Origin: Planctomycetota bacterium
Lineage (GTDB): Bacteria > Planctomycetota > Brocadiia > Brocadiales > Brocadiaceae
Length of the DNA: 34,065 bases
Direction: 5' to 3'
Assembly (NCBI GenBank): GCA_023261465.1
Contig: JAHFOW010000001.1
Coordinates: 1-34,065, forward strand
This document shows, in pieces, positions 13,155 through 23,213 of this stretch. The position numbers and the translations under genes are program-made. The notes below the pieces were generated by a model. That model ran no database searches, was not told where the DNA came from, and saw nothing but the letters and a program-made list of their open reading frames with translations. Position 1 is the stretch's first letter; the number at the start of each line of letters is the position of its first letter.

Positions 13155-15014
13155 TTATCGCCTTCTTCGAGCACTTAATGTTCCATAACCCAATCCCGTT
13201 CCGCTGAATGCAGAAAACACTGACATGTAAACTGTCACTGTTCCTGCTGTACTGACTCGAAGAGGAGGGCATGTCAGACCATACATATTTCCGGTCTGAC
13301 CTACAACAAAAGACCTTAATGCTCTGTCTGGCAAAGTTACAGAGCTTAGAGAAGTCCAGCATTGAAAAGTTGAAAGGCTTACTGTAGCTTCTCCTGAGGC
13401 ATTCGCTATAATGTCCCAGTCCCCGGCGGTTAATGAAATACTGGTGATATCCACGGAGGCCGAACTTGATAGCGAGACACCGGAGGCTGCAAGTATTGTG
13501 CTTGTAACATACTCCCCAACACTTCCTGCGGCTGCATTATTATTCGTGGTCGTTCCGATAACCCCTGATGTTGAATTAAAGGTCACGCTGGGCAAAGTTA
13601 TTCCGGCACCTATCGTGTTTCCGATACTTGGAACCCCCCCGGACGATGTAACCAATATCCCATTATTGGCCGTAGCAAGAGCTCCCATTACATTCGCGGA
13701 AGACGCATAAAGCAAAGTGTTCACTGCATTGGTTGCGGGATATGTTGAAGTAGACCAGCTTGGAGCGGCAGCGGCATTCGATCGTAAAAGATTTCCTGTT
13801 GTCCCTGGGCCCGCAAGAATTGACGGAACACCTGTATTGCTTGTTACGGGCAATCCATTATTGGCGGTTGCCAATCCGGAGACCGTATTCCCAGTCGCCG
13901 AATACCAGGCCAATTGATTGACTGTGCCGTTAGACACAATACCGCTTCCGCCATCATAAATATAAGTCGCATTCCAAACCGCTGCGGTTGTTCCAGTATT
14001 AAGGATAGAAGATAACCACAATGTAGTATTGGCCGCCATGGTTGCAATCAGGTTACCGCCGGAAGAATTGACCGTAACGGCCAGCGTTGAATTATTGATA
14101 ATCATGAAGGATTGACTGTAACCCGCTTTAAAAGTCGAAACAACTGGCAGGGTAATGGTTTGGGTCAAGGATCCTGTGACCTGCTGAATTTGTGAACTAG
14201 CTGCCGTTAAAACCGTATTTCCACCGGCCGATACAATATTGGTTATTGAAGGCGAAAACGATTGCGCATACATCTGTCGTGTAGCAATGACCTGCTGACT
14301 GCTGTTAATGGTTAAAACAGGTGCAGAAAGCCCTGTACCTGCTTCATTATTGGTATAAAATTGCATACTTGCTGGAATTGCGCCATTGGATACCACCCCT
14401 TCGACTTCAACTAATATTTGTGCGCCAGGGGTCCCGTAGTCGCTTCCATCATCGGCATTCCAAGTTATATAACCTAGATCGTCGGTATCGGTAACGGCTG
14501 CAAATGCACCGATTGTTGGGCTTCTGGATTTTACGAATATTAAGTTTGGAGGCGCAGCATTGTTAATAAAAGAACATAAATATTGAGAAACGGGATTATT
14601 TTGTTTTGCTATTACTACACTGCTGACGGAATTATCTATCGACGTAGTATTTACCCCAGTTAAGAGATTTATACATCCAATGCCATCAGGAACAATATTG
14701 AGAGTTCCATTAGCATTGATTGAAGAAAGTGTATTGCCATCCAGCCTGAGATTGTCAACTTGAAGACTTCCAGTGATGACTTCATTTCCTGCGCCATCGG
14801 ATATGAACCCTGAATCTCCACCAAAAACGCCACCATTATTATATTGTACCGAGCCGTTCGGGGCTCCTGGGGCTATCGATGCTTGGAACAAGGCCAAAAC
14901 TTGCGTTAATGATATTTTTCTAGTGACAGGGCCTGGTAACTGGTCAGCCGGAAAGACGTCACTTAACTGTGCAGATGCGGCAGCGGGTAACGCTGAAATT
15001 TTTATTCCTGGCAT
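13155..15014 (-). CDS. Tail fibre protein (619 aa)
   Basis: The N-terminus MPGIKISALPAAASAQLSDVFP is typical of phage fibre anchors. The composition is G/S/T/N/A-rich. An internal repeat is visible: LATANNGLPVTSNTGVPSI and LATANNGILVTSSGGVPSI. Confidence 0.75.
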   Translation of the reverse strand: MPGIKISALPAAASAQLSDVFPADQLPGPVTRKISLTQVLALFQASIAPGAPNGSVQYNNGGVFGGDSGFISDGAGNEVITGSLQVDNLRLDGNTLSSINANGTLNIVPDGIGCINLLTGVNTTSIDNSVSSVVIAKQNNPVSQYLCSFINNAAPPNLIFVKSRSPTIGAFAAVTDTDDLGYITWNADDGSDYGTPGAQILVEVEGVVSNGAIPASMQFYTNNEAGTGLSAPVLTINSSQQVIATRQMYAQSFSPSITNIVSAGGNTVLTAASSQIQQVTGSLTQTITLPVVSTFKAGYSQSFMIINNSTLAVTVNSSGGNLIATMAANTTLWLSSILNTGTTAAVWNATYIYDGGSGIVSNGTVNQLAWYSATGNTVSGLATANNGLPVTSNTGVPSILAGPGTTGNLLRSNAAAAPSWSTSTYPATNAVNTLLYASSANVMGALATANNGILVTSSGGVPSIGNTIGAGITLPSVTFNSTSGVIGTTTNNNAAAGSVGEYVTSTILAASGVSLSSSASVDITSISLTAGDWDIIANASGEATVSLSTFQCWTSLSSVTLPDRALRSFVVGQTGNMYGLTCPPLRVSTAGTVTVYMSVFSAFSGTGLGYGTLSARRRR

Positions 15015-15016
15015 TA

Positions 15017-15160
15017 TTACTCCTGAACAAGTATTCGGCGTGATGTATCGGTAAGAATGTCTATATCATCTTGCGTGATGAGCCATATTTCCGGTTCTGT
15101 TACGTTTCCGGGAATCCCATACAAAAGAATGACAATAAGCCCACCATATACACCCGGCAT
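15017..15160 (-). CDS. Possible small ORF (47 aa) upstream of the fibre gene
   Basis: My own translation gives MPGVYGGLIVILLYGIPGNVTEPEIWLITQDDIDILTDTSRRILVQE. An AAGGGA Shine-Dalgarno lies 7 nt upstream. The stop is 2 nt before the fibre ATG. Confidence 0.4.
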   Translation of the reverse strand: MPGVYGGLIVILLYGIPGNVTEPEIWLITQDDIDILTDTSRRILVQE

Positions 15161-15171
15161 ATTTAAATCCC

Positions 15172-15197
15172 TTTAAAAAGGGGGTATTATCCCCCTC
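15172..15197 (-). terminator. Intrinsic terminator after gene 15203..16093
   Basis: On the minus strand a GGGGG-ATAATA-CCCCC hairpin (15180-15195) is followed by TTTTT. Confidence 0.55.
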
Positions 15198-15202
15198 ATA
15201 AA

Positions 15203-16093
15203 TTACGCGGCTGCGCGAATTAATTGATAATTAATTATCGTGTCAGCACCTGGGTTACCACTGAAAGTCACTGTCAGTGTATTTGCTGTAACAACGGCCT
15301 GTAATACGCTCACGTTAGCCGTTCCATTATCGACCACTTGAACAAAAGCGCGGTCAGTAGCTGCTACAGCCCCGGTTACTGTAAAGGCTTCTGCGGCAGC
15401 CCCACCTACAGTCGTTACCTGGTTTGCAAACTTTATGACATGACTTGGAGTGATTCCCGCTGCGAGCTTTGCCAGTGTTACGTTGGCGTCCAATATTTTT
15501 GCAGTTGTCACGGCATTTGCAGCCAGTTTTGCTGCTGTTACTGCCAGGTTGGCTATAGTCAGAGCACCTGTGTTTGCCATTGTCGCGTCCCCGGACATGG
15601 CCACATCGGTTGCAACGTTTGAACCGTTACCTACGAATAAGTGGGCTGATGTCAGGGTGTTGGTCAGGCCACCGGTATTTACGGAAGAGGCCACAAATAC
15701 GAAAGAATCAACGCCGATGGTTTGTGGAAGGGGTTCGACTAATGCGTATATGGAACCTTGTTGTACAGTTCCTGCGCCAACGATAGTGAACTGACCGGCT
15801 TTTAATTGCTCAAGACTTTGTTGGTCTTCAGCACGTTGCAGAACCACAGTAGTTGAAATGGTCTTCACTATATAGATACCATTTTGGTATGCTGAAGTTT
15901 GATTTTGTAAAAGCACTCTATCGCCTTCGACTACTACAACGCTGTCAATGGTTAAGGAGGAAGCCGCTACTGTCAGCGTTGCTCCGACGCCATTATTTGA
16001 TGGACCGTTGTAATAAGTACCGGCTACGTTGGTGGTTGACAGTAAACGCACGGGGGTCAGTACGTTGTATAAAACGAATTGGCTCATAGTCAT
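15203..16093 (-). CDS. Tail fibre or virion fibre protein (296 aa)
   Basis: The central region carries AVTxAKL-type repeats (IANLAVTAAKLAANAVTTAKILDANVTLAKLAAGI), which are common in phage fibres. It sits in the structural operon. Confidence 0.6.
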   Translation of the reverse strand: MTMSQFVLYNVLTPVRLLSTTNVAGTYYNGPSNNGVGATLTVAASSLTIDSVVVVEGDRVLLQNQTSAYQNGIYIVKTISTTVVLQRAEDQQSLEQLKAGQFTIVGAGTVQQGSIYALVEPLPQTIGVDSFVFVASSVNTGGLTNTLTSAHLFVGNGSNVATDVAMSGDATMANTGALTIANLAVTAAKLAANAVTTAKILDANVTLAKLAAGITPSHVIKFANQVTTVGGAAAEAFTVTGAVAATDRAFVQVVDNGTANVSVLQAVVTANTLTVTFSGNPGADTIINYQLIRAAA

Positions 16094-16134
16094 TTTAAAA
16101 TCCTTTTTAAATGGTTAGTAATATTATATTGAAG

Positions 16135-16437
16135 TTAACTGCCCCATGCCACATTGGTTGCTGCTGTTCCTGTTGTATTTACTCGTATTGAGAAAATAGG
16201 ATGCCACACACCTGCTGCCAATCCGACAAGAGTCTGATCGGTGCCGTCCCATTTTGTGTATGAGACATCACCTGCGCCGCCGACATAAAGCCAGCGTGCG
16301 AATTCTACTGAGTTATTAGGGCCATAATATTCATCTAAAGTGGCATCCCCAGTACGGGCCACTCCAGACATGACCCGTGTTGGACCTGTATACGCATTGG
16401 GGTCTAATGGTGTTATTTGACATAATTGTACGGCCAT
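16135..16437 (-). CDS. Hypothetical virion or tail-associated protein (100 aa)
   Basis: A GGAGA Shine-Dalgarno is present. It lies between two fibre genes. Confidence 0.55.
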   Translation of the reverse strand: MAVQLCQITPLDPNAYTGPTRVMSGVARTGDATLDEYYGPNNSVEFARWLYVGGAGDVSYTKWDGTDQTLVGLAAGVWHPIFSIRVNTTGTAATNVAWGS

Positions 16438-16449
16438 ATTTTTAATCTC

Positions 16450-18066
16450 CTAAAGTTTTATAAACACATTCATGAAACTGGTCGGTTGAATAATCGATGT
16501 GGGAGTTGCAACCCCAAAAGACCAATCGACAGGCGTATTATTGGCGGGAGCTTTTGCTGCTCCAACTGGGTTAAAGTTGAATGAGCCAGTGCCAACATCG
16601 GGGTTATAAGGCGTTCCTACCGGCAAATTGCTTCCTGTGAGGACGACCGTTTCACCGCCAACAAATTGGCCTAATACTCGACCTGTTAATCCTGATCCCG
16701 AGCCCGATTCTGCCAAAGCGCGCCCTAAAGTTCGTGGCAACGTCATGGTCTTACCGGCTATAAAATCGGCTATGGCATTAGCCATTGTGTTTCCTGGCGC
16801 TGTTCGACCACCACTGACTGGAGCATAGGTATCCGATACCGTAGTATAAAGAGTCGAATAGAGCTGGAAGGTGTCCTGATTGGCACGGTTTAAAGCACCC
16901 GATCCCACATTACCTATTGTGCTGTCGTTCATGGCAAGCCATCCTTGCGGAGGATTTGACCAATAGCTTGTTTTAACATCGCCTGTTCGTGGAGTCTGAT
17001 CTATGGAATCAATCTGATCGTATGAATCAAATTCAATATTAGGGCTTACTGTTCCTAAATATAAAGAGGGCTTTGTAAACAAAATATCGCAGGCGCTTCC
17101 AAGAGGCATTTCTATTTGAATATAAAGCGCATCATCATCGGTCTGTTGTCCTGGTGTTCCTAAGGAGCCCGCAGCCACACTGGGCACAACAAAAGTTACC
17201 GAATAGGCCGTCCATGTCGTTGTGAGAACCATAGGCTGAGCAGTGGACCGCACATCACCTGTAGATGCCGTGCCTGATCCATAATACTGGCGCGTATAAA
17301 TATTAATAGTAGCAGGCGTTGTCGTTACCGCCGCCCAAACCCTAAAAGTGACCTGCTGATTTGAAAGGTTTTTTACCTTTTGCGTTATTGGGAATTGAAA
17401 GCATTTATACATCTCACCTGTTGGGGTGTTATTACATACGTATCGTATATAGCTAACCGGAGTAACATCCCCTGTTAAAGGCGCGTTTGCCAGGGCAAAT
17501 GTAGGAAAGCTCACGGAATCAACAGCATTCGTATTGTTTTTTACAAATCGAATATCCGGACCAAGTGTACCAAAGCCCCCTACAGGAGACAAAGGGTTTG
17601 CCTGTGCTGGAGTAAACCCTTTATGATTGGATGGCGCTATCAAAAGGTTAGTCGGTAATGGTCCTGCATCATCATCAGCATGATTTATAAACTGATTATT
17701 ACTTATATAGTTTCGAAGGGATATGTAAGTGGTTCCACCACCGCCACCACCGGAACCTGAAGAACCAGGATAATCATCTACCTGCCAGATTAAATCCACG
17801 CCGTTGGCGTCAAACACCTGTATAAAGTACAAGTCATCTGGATGAGTTGAATCCACCTTCCAAAAAAATGGACCATTAGTGCCATTGGCATTAAAAATAA
17901 CAGGGTTAGTGTAGGGAATGGTTCCTGCTTCATCCTGATACACAGCCTTTGGTTCCGAGTTATTCAGGCTGCTGTACGTATACATTTTAGCACCGCCAGC
18001 AAGACGTCCATTAAGCCCTATGATGGACCAGATGGGCTCTGGGGCCTGAAAATACGATATTGGCAT
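16450..18066 (-). CDS. Tail fibre or tailspike protein (538 aa)
   Basis: I chose the ATG at 18066 (MPISYFQAPEP...) because AGGAA lies 8 nt upstream. It has an N-terminal ...YTYSSLNNSEPKAVYQDEAGTIPYTNPVIFNANG anchor-like domain, a GSSGSGGGGGG linker and a large T/S/G-rich C-terminal domain. Confidence 0.7.
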   Translation of the reverse strand: MPISYFQAPEPIWSIIGLNGRLAGGAKMYTYSSLNNSEPKAVYQDEAGTIPYTNPVIFNANGTNGPFFWKVDSTHPDDLYFIQVFDANGVDLIWQVDDYPGSSGSGGGGGGTTYISLRNYISNNQFINHADDDAGPLPTNLLIAPSNHKGFTPAQANPLSPVGGFGTLGPDIRFVKNNTNAVDSVSFPTFALANAPLTGDVTPVSYIRYVCNNTPTGEMYKCFQFPITQKVKNLSNQQVTFRVWAAVTTTPATINIYTRQYYGSGTASTGDVRSTAQPMVLTTTWTAYSVTFVVPSVAAGSLGTPGQQTDDDALYIQIEMPLGSACDILFTKPSLYLGTVSPNIEFDSYDQIDSIDQTPRTGDVKTSYWSNPPQGWLAMNDSTIGNVGSGALNRANQDTFQLYSTLYTTVSDTYAPVSGGRTAPGNTMANAIADFIAGKTMTLPRTLGRALAESGSGSGLTGRVLGQFVGGETVVLTGSNLPVGTPYNPDVGTGSFNFNPVGAAKAPANNTPVDWSFGVATPTSIIQPTSFMNVFIKL

Positions 18067-18245
18067 ATTCACATTCCTTGTGATAATTAAATCATTATTT
18101 ATACAAATAATGCTTGTTATTTGTCCACGAAATGCATTAATATGCATTTTTTAAAATCAATTGGTCCTCTTATGATCGAGTCTTTACTAACCTTATTTTT
18201 CATATACAACATTATTCAAATCTTTATCCAAAAAGACGTGGAATT

Positions 18246-19154
18246 TTAATCCGGTTTCATCATTACTAATTTTTTAAAAAGGTCTATTAATGCATTTTTT
18301 GGCAAAGCATATGCACCGCCTGCAATCGCTAATGCATTACGATAGGGCTTAAATTTCATGTAACGTCTGTAGTCATCCTGTCCTCTGGTTAGTAGGTCTG
18401 CTATATCTTCATGACCTTCTTTTCTTAAAGACTGTTTCATTTCATCAAGAATATTTCCTCTAACCTGAAGTCCTGCTCTTCCATGTGCTCTATTGGCTTT
18501 AGAGAACCAATCCTTAGATAATCCACCGGCATGTTTTCCCAGGTCCGATTGTAAGTCAAATAAACGATTATAATCCCCGTAACCTGCGTCATTTATTAAA
18601 TTGCGATAAGGTGTTGTATTAGGGAAAAATTGTCGCGTATCTTCTATTAAATCTGGATTGACTTCTAAGGGGGCAATGTTTTTCTCTCTACCAATTTCGC
18701 GTGCCTTTTGTAAATTCCTGCTTGCTCCGCGTCTGGCAAGGTAGGGCAGCAACTTCATACCTCGTAATGCATTTAGACCCATCAAAACATCCGGACCATA
18801 TTCGAAGCTTTTTTGAACAACATAATCCGTGGGAGTATTTTCACCGGGATTTCTAAACACATTTTGATAATCAGCTGTATCTTTCGGAATATAATTAGAA
18901 ATATTTTGTCTTTTTCTTGGCATTCCTGGCAACACATCAAAAGCACTCCCAATGCCTTGGATTGATTTTTCAAGGCTACTGACAATATCATGGGGTAAGT
19001 TATGTAAATTACGACCTGCATGCGTTAGGCCTACCCCAATATTTGGCAACAATTTTCCAAGAAATGACTCTGGTTCGCTCGACGTATTTTCAAATAAATC
19101 TCGTGGCGCCCTTGGTGTTGATGTATCGTTTGAAGCAAAGAGGTCTTTAGCCAT
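18246..19154 (-). CDS. Internal virion / ejection-like protein (302 aa)
   Basis: Called from its position between the Q/G-rich proteins and the fibres. The start overlaps the upstream stop. No specific motif was recognised. Confidence 0.45.
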   Translation of the reverse strand: MAKDLFASNDTSTPRAPRDLFENTSSEPESFLGKLLPNIGVGLTHAGRNLHNLPHDIVSSLEKSIQGIGSAFDVLPGMPRKRQNISNYIPKDTADYQNVFRNPGENTPTDYVVQKSFEYGPDVLMGLNALRGMKLLPYLARRGASRNLQKAREIGREKNIAPLEVNPDLIEDTRQFFPNTTPYRNLINDAGYGDYNRLFDLQSDLGKHAGGLSKDWFSKANRAHGRAGLQVRGNILDEMKQSLRKEGHEDIADLLTRGQDDYRRYMKFKPYRNALAIAGGAYALPKNALIDLFKKLVMMKPD

Positions 19155-20433
19155 TGTATCTTCCTTCTTGCCTGAGACGATCTATTACCTGTTCACGTGT
19201 AAGACCATGAGTGCGAGCAGTATAATCAATATCGTCTTCTGAGACAGGGTTTAATGCGACATTGATTTCTTTTCTAATAGCATTACCGTCCACTAATTTA
19301 TCGGCTTGCTCTAACGCATCACCCTTATCCAGATGAAACTCTTTCATGAGTCTTGAGGCTATTCGGGATCGCTGAAGTGTGAATTCGTTAAATTCCTCAA
19401 GCAAGGGCATTTTTCCAAGCATTACACCAATGGGATCTTTATCGCTTACTTTCATGCTTTCAGATAAAGGAATTTCACTGGCCAGAATTCGTCCACCAAA
19501 TCCACGGACCGTAGCAGCCACTACATTTCGGGCAGCCGCCTGGAATTTACCAATCAACTCCTGTTCCTGACGATTCCCAAAATTAGCTTTGGCATTCATT
19601 TGTAATTGCTGGAAACCTGGTATGTTTCTTAAGTTTTGAAACACAGGGTTCGTAATAATTTCGTTTAATTTTTGAAACGGGGACCTTAATTGGAGGGCCT
19701 GCTGGTATTCCTGGTCCAGGTCTTTTCTTGCGGCGGCACGAATTTTTCCGGCCTCTTTTCCTTCTTCAACGATACCTTCATAAGCCCCTGTATTTTCCGC
19801 ATAGGTCTTTGGCCTTTGTCCCTCGGTGACCGTCATTTGCATAGGAGGTGCGCCAGACTCTTGAATATCTTCCTGATAAACCGGTTGTCCTTCCTTGTTA
19901 TACCATTGCTGACCTTCAATACTGACGGATCCTGGTGGGCGCCTTAAAGGTTGTTGCATTGGATTTTGTGCAGGTGGTTGCATCGAAGGCGCGCCCATTC
20001 CCTGAGGCTCATTTCCTCCAAAAGCCCCTTTTAACTTATCTGCAAAAAAATGCGTGAGATTCGTTAATGGATTAGACGAAGGCTGGCCCTGCTGTTGTTG
20101 TGGCATTTGGTTTAAAAAATTAGAACCCGTGCCTTGACCCATGCCCGCAGAGACGGCTTTTTGCAATGCAGCCTTGGCAGCCGGATCGCCCATATTAGCT
20201 ATGGCTGAATCATTTCCAAGCAATTTTGCCAGAAACTGAGGCCCCATGAGATTGGCATAAGCCAGTTTACTGGCCGCTTCAGCCTGAGACGTTATAGGCT
20301 GGTATTGGGCTTTTATCTGGTTAATCTTACGTAAGATCATGTCATTGGCAAGGGAATTTACACCACCCATCGCAGTAACCAATGGGCCTCCAGGCCCTAC
20401 ATCTGCAACAACTCTTGGTAATGGAAGTGCCAT
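19147..20433 (-). CDS. Internal virion / ejection-like protein (428 aa)
   Basis: It has a low-complexity Q/P/G/M tract (QMPQQQQGQPSS...QPPAQNPMQQP). The position matches P22 gp20-like ejection proteins. Confidence 0.45.
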   Translation of the reverse strand: MALPLPRVVADVGPGGPLVTAMGGVNSLANDMILRKINQIKAQYQPITSQAEAASKLAYANLMGPQFLAKLLGNDSAIANMGDPAAKAALQKAVSAGMGQGTGSNFLNQMPQQQQGQPSSNPLTNLTHFFADKLKGAFGGNEPQGMGAPSMQPPAQNPMQQPLRRPPGSVSIEGQQWYNKEGQPVYQEDIQESGAPPMQMTVTEGQRPKTYAENTGAYEGIVEEGKEAGKIRAAARKDLDQEYQQALQLRSPFQKLNEIITNPVFQNLRNIPGFQQLQMNAKANFGNRQEQELIGKFQAAARNVVAATVRGFGGRILASEIPLSESMKVSDKDPIGVMLGKMPLLEEFNEFTLQRSRIASRLMKEFHLDKGDALEQADKLVDGNAIRKEINVALNPVSEDDIDYTARTHGLTREQVIDRLRQEGRYNG

Positions 20434-20442
20434 AATGAATCC

Positions 20443-21087
20443 TTAAATAAATGCCCCAAGAAGACCAATACCCCCGGCTATGGAATTCCAGAAGTCCCCT
20501 TGTCCTGCAGCATCTCTTCCGTAAGCGGCCTCACCCATGCTTTTACCCATATTTCCATACATATTGGTTAATGCATTTGCAGAATTTTGACCATAACCCA
20601 TCAAATTGTTTTGTCCCTGACCGTATTCTGAGTTAATGCCCAATACATTTTTAAGCCAGCTGTCCATGCCCTGTTGTGAAATGTTGGCCGCATTTTGTTG
20701 CATCTGTTGACCTAACGCAGAGCTTCCGGTGAGTCCACTGGCAGAACCTGAGTTTATCCCCGCATTATGGGCTTGCTGCTGAAGGTAGGATGTATAAGGG
20801 CTTTGCTGATAATTTTGCATAAGTCCATTGATGAATTGACTGGGGTCTTCCATCCCGCTTAGCCAACCCTGATACTTACCAATCGCATTTTTACCGGCAT
20901 CTAAATAAGGTTGCTGAACGCCCTGAGCTTTATTTGCCCATCGCTCATACTCTTCCATGGCGCTGTCATAGGGTTTTCCGGAATTTCCAAACATTCCTCC
21001 TAAAAGCCCACCTAATCCACCCATAGCACCTTGCGGATCGAATCCGTAATCCGGATTTCTCCAACCACCACCCATCGTATTTGGCAT
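20443..21087 (-). CDS. G/Q/N/M-rich internal virion / ejection-like protein (214 aa)
   Basis: The track start at 21093 is GTG. The ATG at 21087 has AGGGA 7 nt upstream. The composition is typical of podovirus pilot proteins. Confidence 0.45.
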   Translation of the reverse strand: MPNTMGGGWRNPDYGFDPQGAMGGLGGLLGGMFGNSGKPYDSAMEEYERWANKAQGVQQPYLDAGKNAIGKYQGWLSGMEDPSQFINGLMQNYQQSPYTSYLQQQAHNAGINSGSASGLTGSSALGQQMQQNAANISQQGMDSWLKNVLGINSEYGQGQNNLMGYGQNSANALTNMYGNMGKSMGEAAYGRDAAGQGDFWNSIAGGIGLLGAFI

Positions 21088-21102
21088 AATCACATCCCTT
21101 TT

Positions 21103-21387
21103 CTATACAAGATTCACCCAGGCTAAAGGAGACCCTTCGTATCCTTGAAACTTTTCTAAAGTTGTGTTGTAAATCAACCAACCACCAACCACATTTTGCA
21201 AAGCATCACGCTCGATGGTGGTAAGCCTTGGAACCTGAATGCCGTTTTGTCCTAAATAACCCTGTAATGTTTCTACAAAGGTGGCCATAAAATCCGACCA
21301 GACATCGCTTAAATAAACTTTACTTTTGGAATAAGGCTCATACCCTACAGGGTCGTATGTTGGAAAATTATCAAAATCTCTTGCCAT
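21103..21387 (-). CDS. Hypothetical virion protein (94 aa)
   Basis: The track start at 21411 is TTG and lies inside the upstream gene. The ATG at 21387 lies 4 nt after the upstream stop. Confidence 0.5.
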   Translation of the reverse strand: MARDFDNFPTYDPVGYEPYSKSKVYLSDVWSDFMATFVETLQGYLGQNGIQVPRLTTIERDALQNVVGGWLIYNTTLEKFQGYEGSPLAWVNLV

Positions 21388-21391
21388 AATC

Positions 21392-23212
21392 TTATTCCGG
21401 TAATATTTCAAAATCCCATGCCGCTCCTAATATCTGAAACGGAATCTCATGGAAGAATTCTATTCTGGGTACAAACCCCTGGCCTCTGGGTGTGGTTCCT
21501 AATTTTCGCCACACGGTTCTATGGGTTCGCTCTCCAATCTTTCCCATGGTGGCGTGAAGCTTATTGCCATACGTTTGGCCGCCATCTTTGGAAATAGATA
21601 AAAATACGGTAGGCTGCGCATTAGGTGGATAAGGTGTGATAACGTTAGTATTAGGTGTAAACCCTAAGGCTCCGGTAACAAGCGCGCCTTGAAGAAGGTC
21701 TAACTGAAATCGGTCTACTCGCAATCGGTTATACCCTTCCGGGCTCATTTGTCGTCCAATGCGCATACGGCGAATGGCTTCTCCATTGTTGCTCGCCAAC
21801 GTGTCATCTACGCTGTAGACAATGGCTTCACTGTAAGATCCATAATAATTAACGCCATCAAAATAGGCGTGCGTCTGCGCTGGGTGCCTATCACCATTCA
21901 ATACTTCTTCTTCATGCCATTTTGGGGCATCCGGAGCACTCATGCTCACGCCAAGAACAAAGGTATGGTTGGCGCTTGTGAAATTTAGTCTATAAAAGAT
22001 AAGGCCGTTTTCTTTAATAAGGACGCCTCGGGCATCTTCAACCCCAAGATCTGGATCTTCAGCATACTGGGCCAACTGAAAATCAAGCGCACGGTTACTG
22101 AACAAAACCGACTGCGTACCTGCTACACCCATAACCCCTGCCAGACCGTCTTTATCCTGAGCCAGAAAGAACATGCGATCAAAACCCACCACTATGCTTC
22201 CCAGGGCAGGCGTTCCAACCTCCATAAGCAAAGAGTTATTGCGACGAAACGGTAGATTCGTTCCAATCCCCGCATTCTCCCAGACTTCCGTGAAGTTCTC
22301 GCAGAAAAAAAACAGTCGCCTGTGAAGGGTTCGACATCCAATGATAGTTCCAGGATGGGATGTTACTTCACCCTGCTGCACCTGGCCTGCCACACGAACG
22401 GCATTAGGTGGCGTACCATTCGTTGTTAAATCGATAGCAATCCCTGCTATGGCGTCCGCGTACGATAAAGCAACTTTAATTTGACCTGGATTAATGGAAG
22501 GGTCCGTTACCCTTATAACATAATAGGTTTGAGGAGGACCTGCTACCAAAGGAGCAGGCAGTAAGCCTGCATCAAATGTTATTGGTACTCCAGTCGCAAA
22601 ACTGGCTGTGGTCGTTGAAAGGGTCAGGATATCCGTAGCCGAATCGGCCGTGAAGTTCGTGCCAACGCCACTCCAGACCATTCCCTGATTAAAGGAGCTG
22701 AGCTGGAATTGGTTGGTGCCTCCGTGCGGGACGACAAAAAATCCATCCAGATAACACACATCAACAGGTGCAGGTGGGAAGGCCACATCGGTTATTTGAG
22801 TGACCGTGCCTCCTATGTTGATGTCGTATATGTACCCCAACACCCCGTCGACAAATATCACTTGAAATTGATTGGCATCCACTCCGACATACCCTTGAGT
22901 GGTAGTAAGGCCACCGGGCGGGCTAATATCGGTTGTAACCAGTGCATTCGTTGTTCCGGTTGTTCGAAAAATGCTTGCTCCAAACACCCAATATATGGCC
23001 CCATCAAATACAAAGGCAGCGCGGGCGCCCCCGGTTTCCGTGCTAAAATCAAGTTCCGCATCTCGAAGGCCTGAAGTTGATAATAAAGCTTTCGGGCGCT
23101 TTGCCTGGGGGTCTAAGTACTCAAAAAGATTTACAGTGCGCTCGGCATTCAACGGTAGGACGCGCTGATTATCGTAACTTCCTACAATGTCGTAATCCTT
23201 TCGTTCGCTCAT
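21392..23212 (-). CDS. Tail hub / nozzle protein (tail tubular B or P22 gp10-like, 606 aa)
   Basis: Called from its size, its position after the adaptor-like gene, and N-terminal ...NAERTVNLFEYLDPQAKRPKALLSTSGL..., which recalls podovirus DNA-stabilization/nozzle proteins. Confidence 0.5.
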   Translation of the reverse strand: MSERKDYDIVGSYDNQRVLPLNAERTVNLFEYLDPQAKRPKALLSTSGLRDAELDFSTETGGARAAFVFDGAIYWVFGASIFRTTGTTNALVTTDISPPGGLTTTQGYVGVDANQFQVIFVDGVLGYIYDINIGGTVTQITDVAFPPAPVDVCYLDGFFVVPHGGTNQFQLSSFNQGMVWSGVGTNFTADSATDILTLSTTTASFATGVPITFDAGLLPAPLVAGPPQTYYVIRVTDPSINPGQIKVALSYADAIAGIAIDLTTNGTPPNAVRVAGQVQQGEVTSHPGTIIGCRTLHRRLFFFCENFTEVWENAGIGTNLPFRRNNSLLMEVGTPALGSIVVGFDRMFFLAQDKDGLAGVMGVAGTQSVLFSNRALDFQLAQYAEDPDLGVEDARGVLIKENGLIFYRLNFTSANHTFVLGVSMSAPDAPKWHEEEVLNGDRHPAQTHAYFDGVNYYGSYSEAIVYSVDDTLASNNGEAIRRMRIGRQMSPEGYNRLRVDRFQLDLLQGALVTGALGFTPNTNVITPYPPNAQPTVFLSISKDGGQTYGNKLHATMGKIGERTHRTVWRKLGTTPRGQGFVPRIEFFHEIPFQILGAAWDFEILPE

Positions 23213-23213
23213 A

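Noticed and set aside
13155-13400. A diversity-generating retroelement targeting the C-terminus of the 619-aa tail fibre
   Set aside because: No reverse-transcriptase-sized ORF exists anywhere in the closed genome. I saw no template-repeat copy of the fibre 3' end by eye.
13411-15054. Plus-strand ORFs inside the fibre genes: 13411..13710, 13717..13917 and 14773..15054. Likewise 15338..16089, 16628..16828, 22709..23168, 24772..25083 and 26000..26308.
   Set aside because: These are shadow ORFs antisense to long, well-supported structural genes. They have no Shine-Dalgarno sequences and low-complexity translations.
15129-15136. An extra copy of the inverted-repeat core (ATGACAAT) upstream of the 619-aa fibre gene, as a possible distant recombination partner for the 10850/11018 repeats
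   Set aside because: It is only an 8-mer match, which is expected by chance about once in a genome of this size on both strands. The flanks do not match.
16450-18147. Long N-terminal extensions given by the track for several genes, with starts at 613, 4409, 9777, 18147, 21093, 21411 and 30433
   Set aside because: Five of these seven starts (4409, 9777, 21093, 21411, 30433) are GTG or TTG codons. Most of the seven lie within upstream genes or promoters. In every case an internal ATG with a proper Shine-Dalgarno or stop-start coupling is available.
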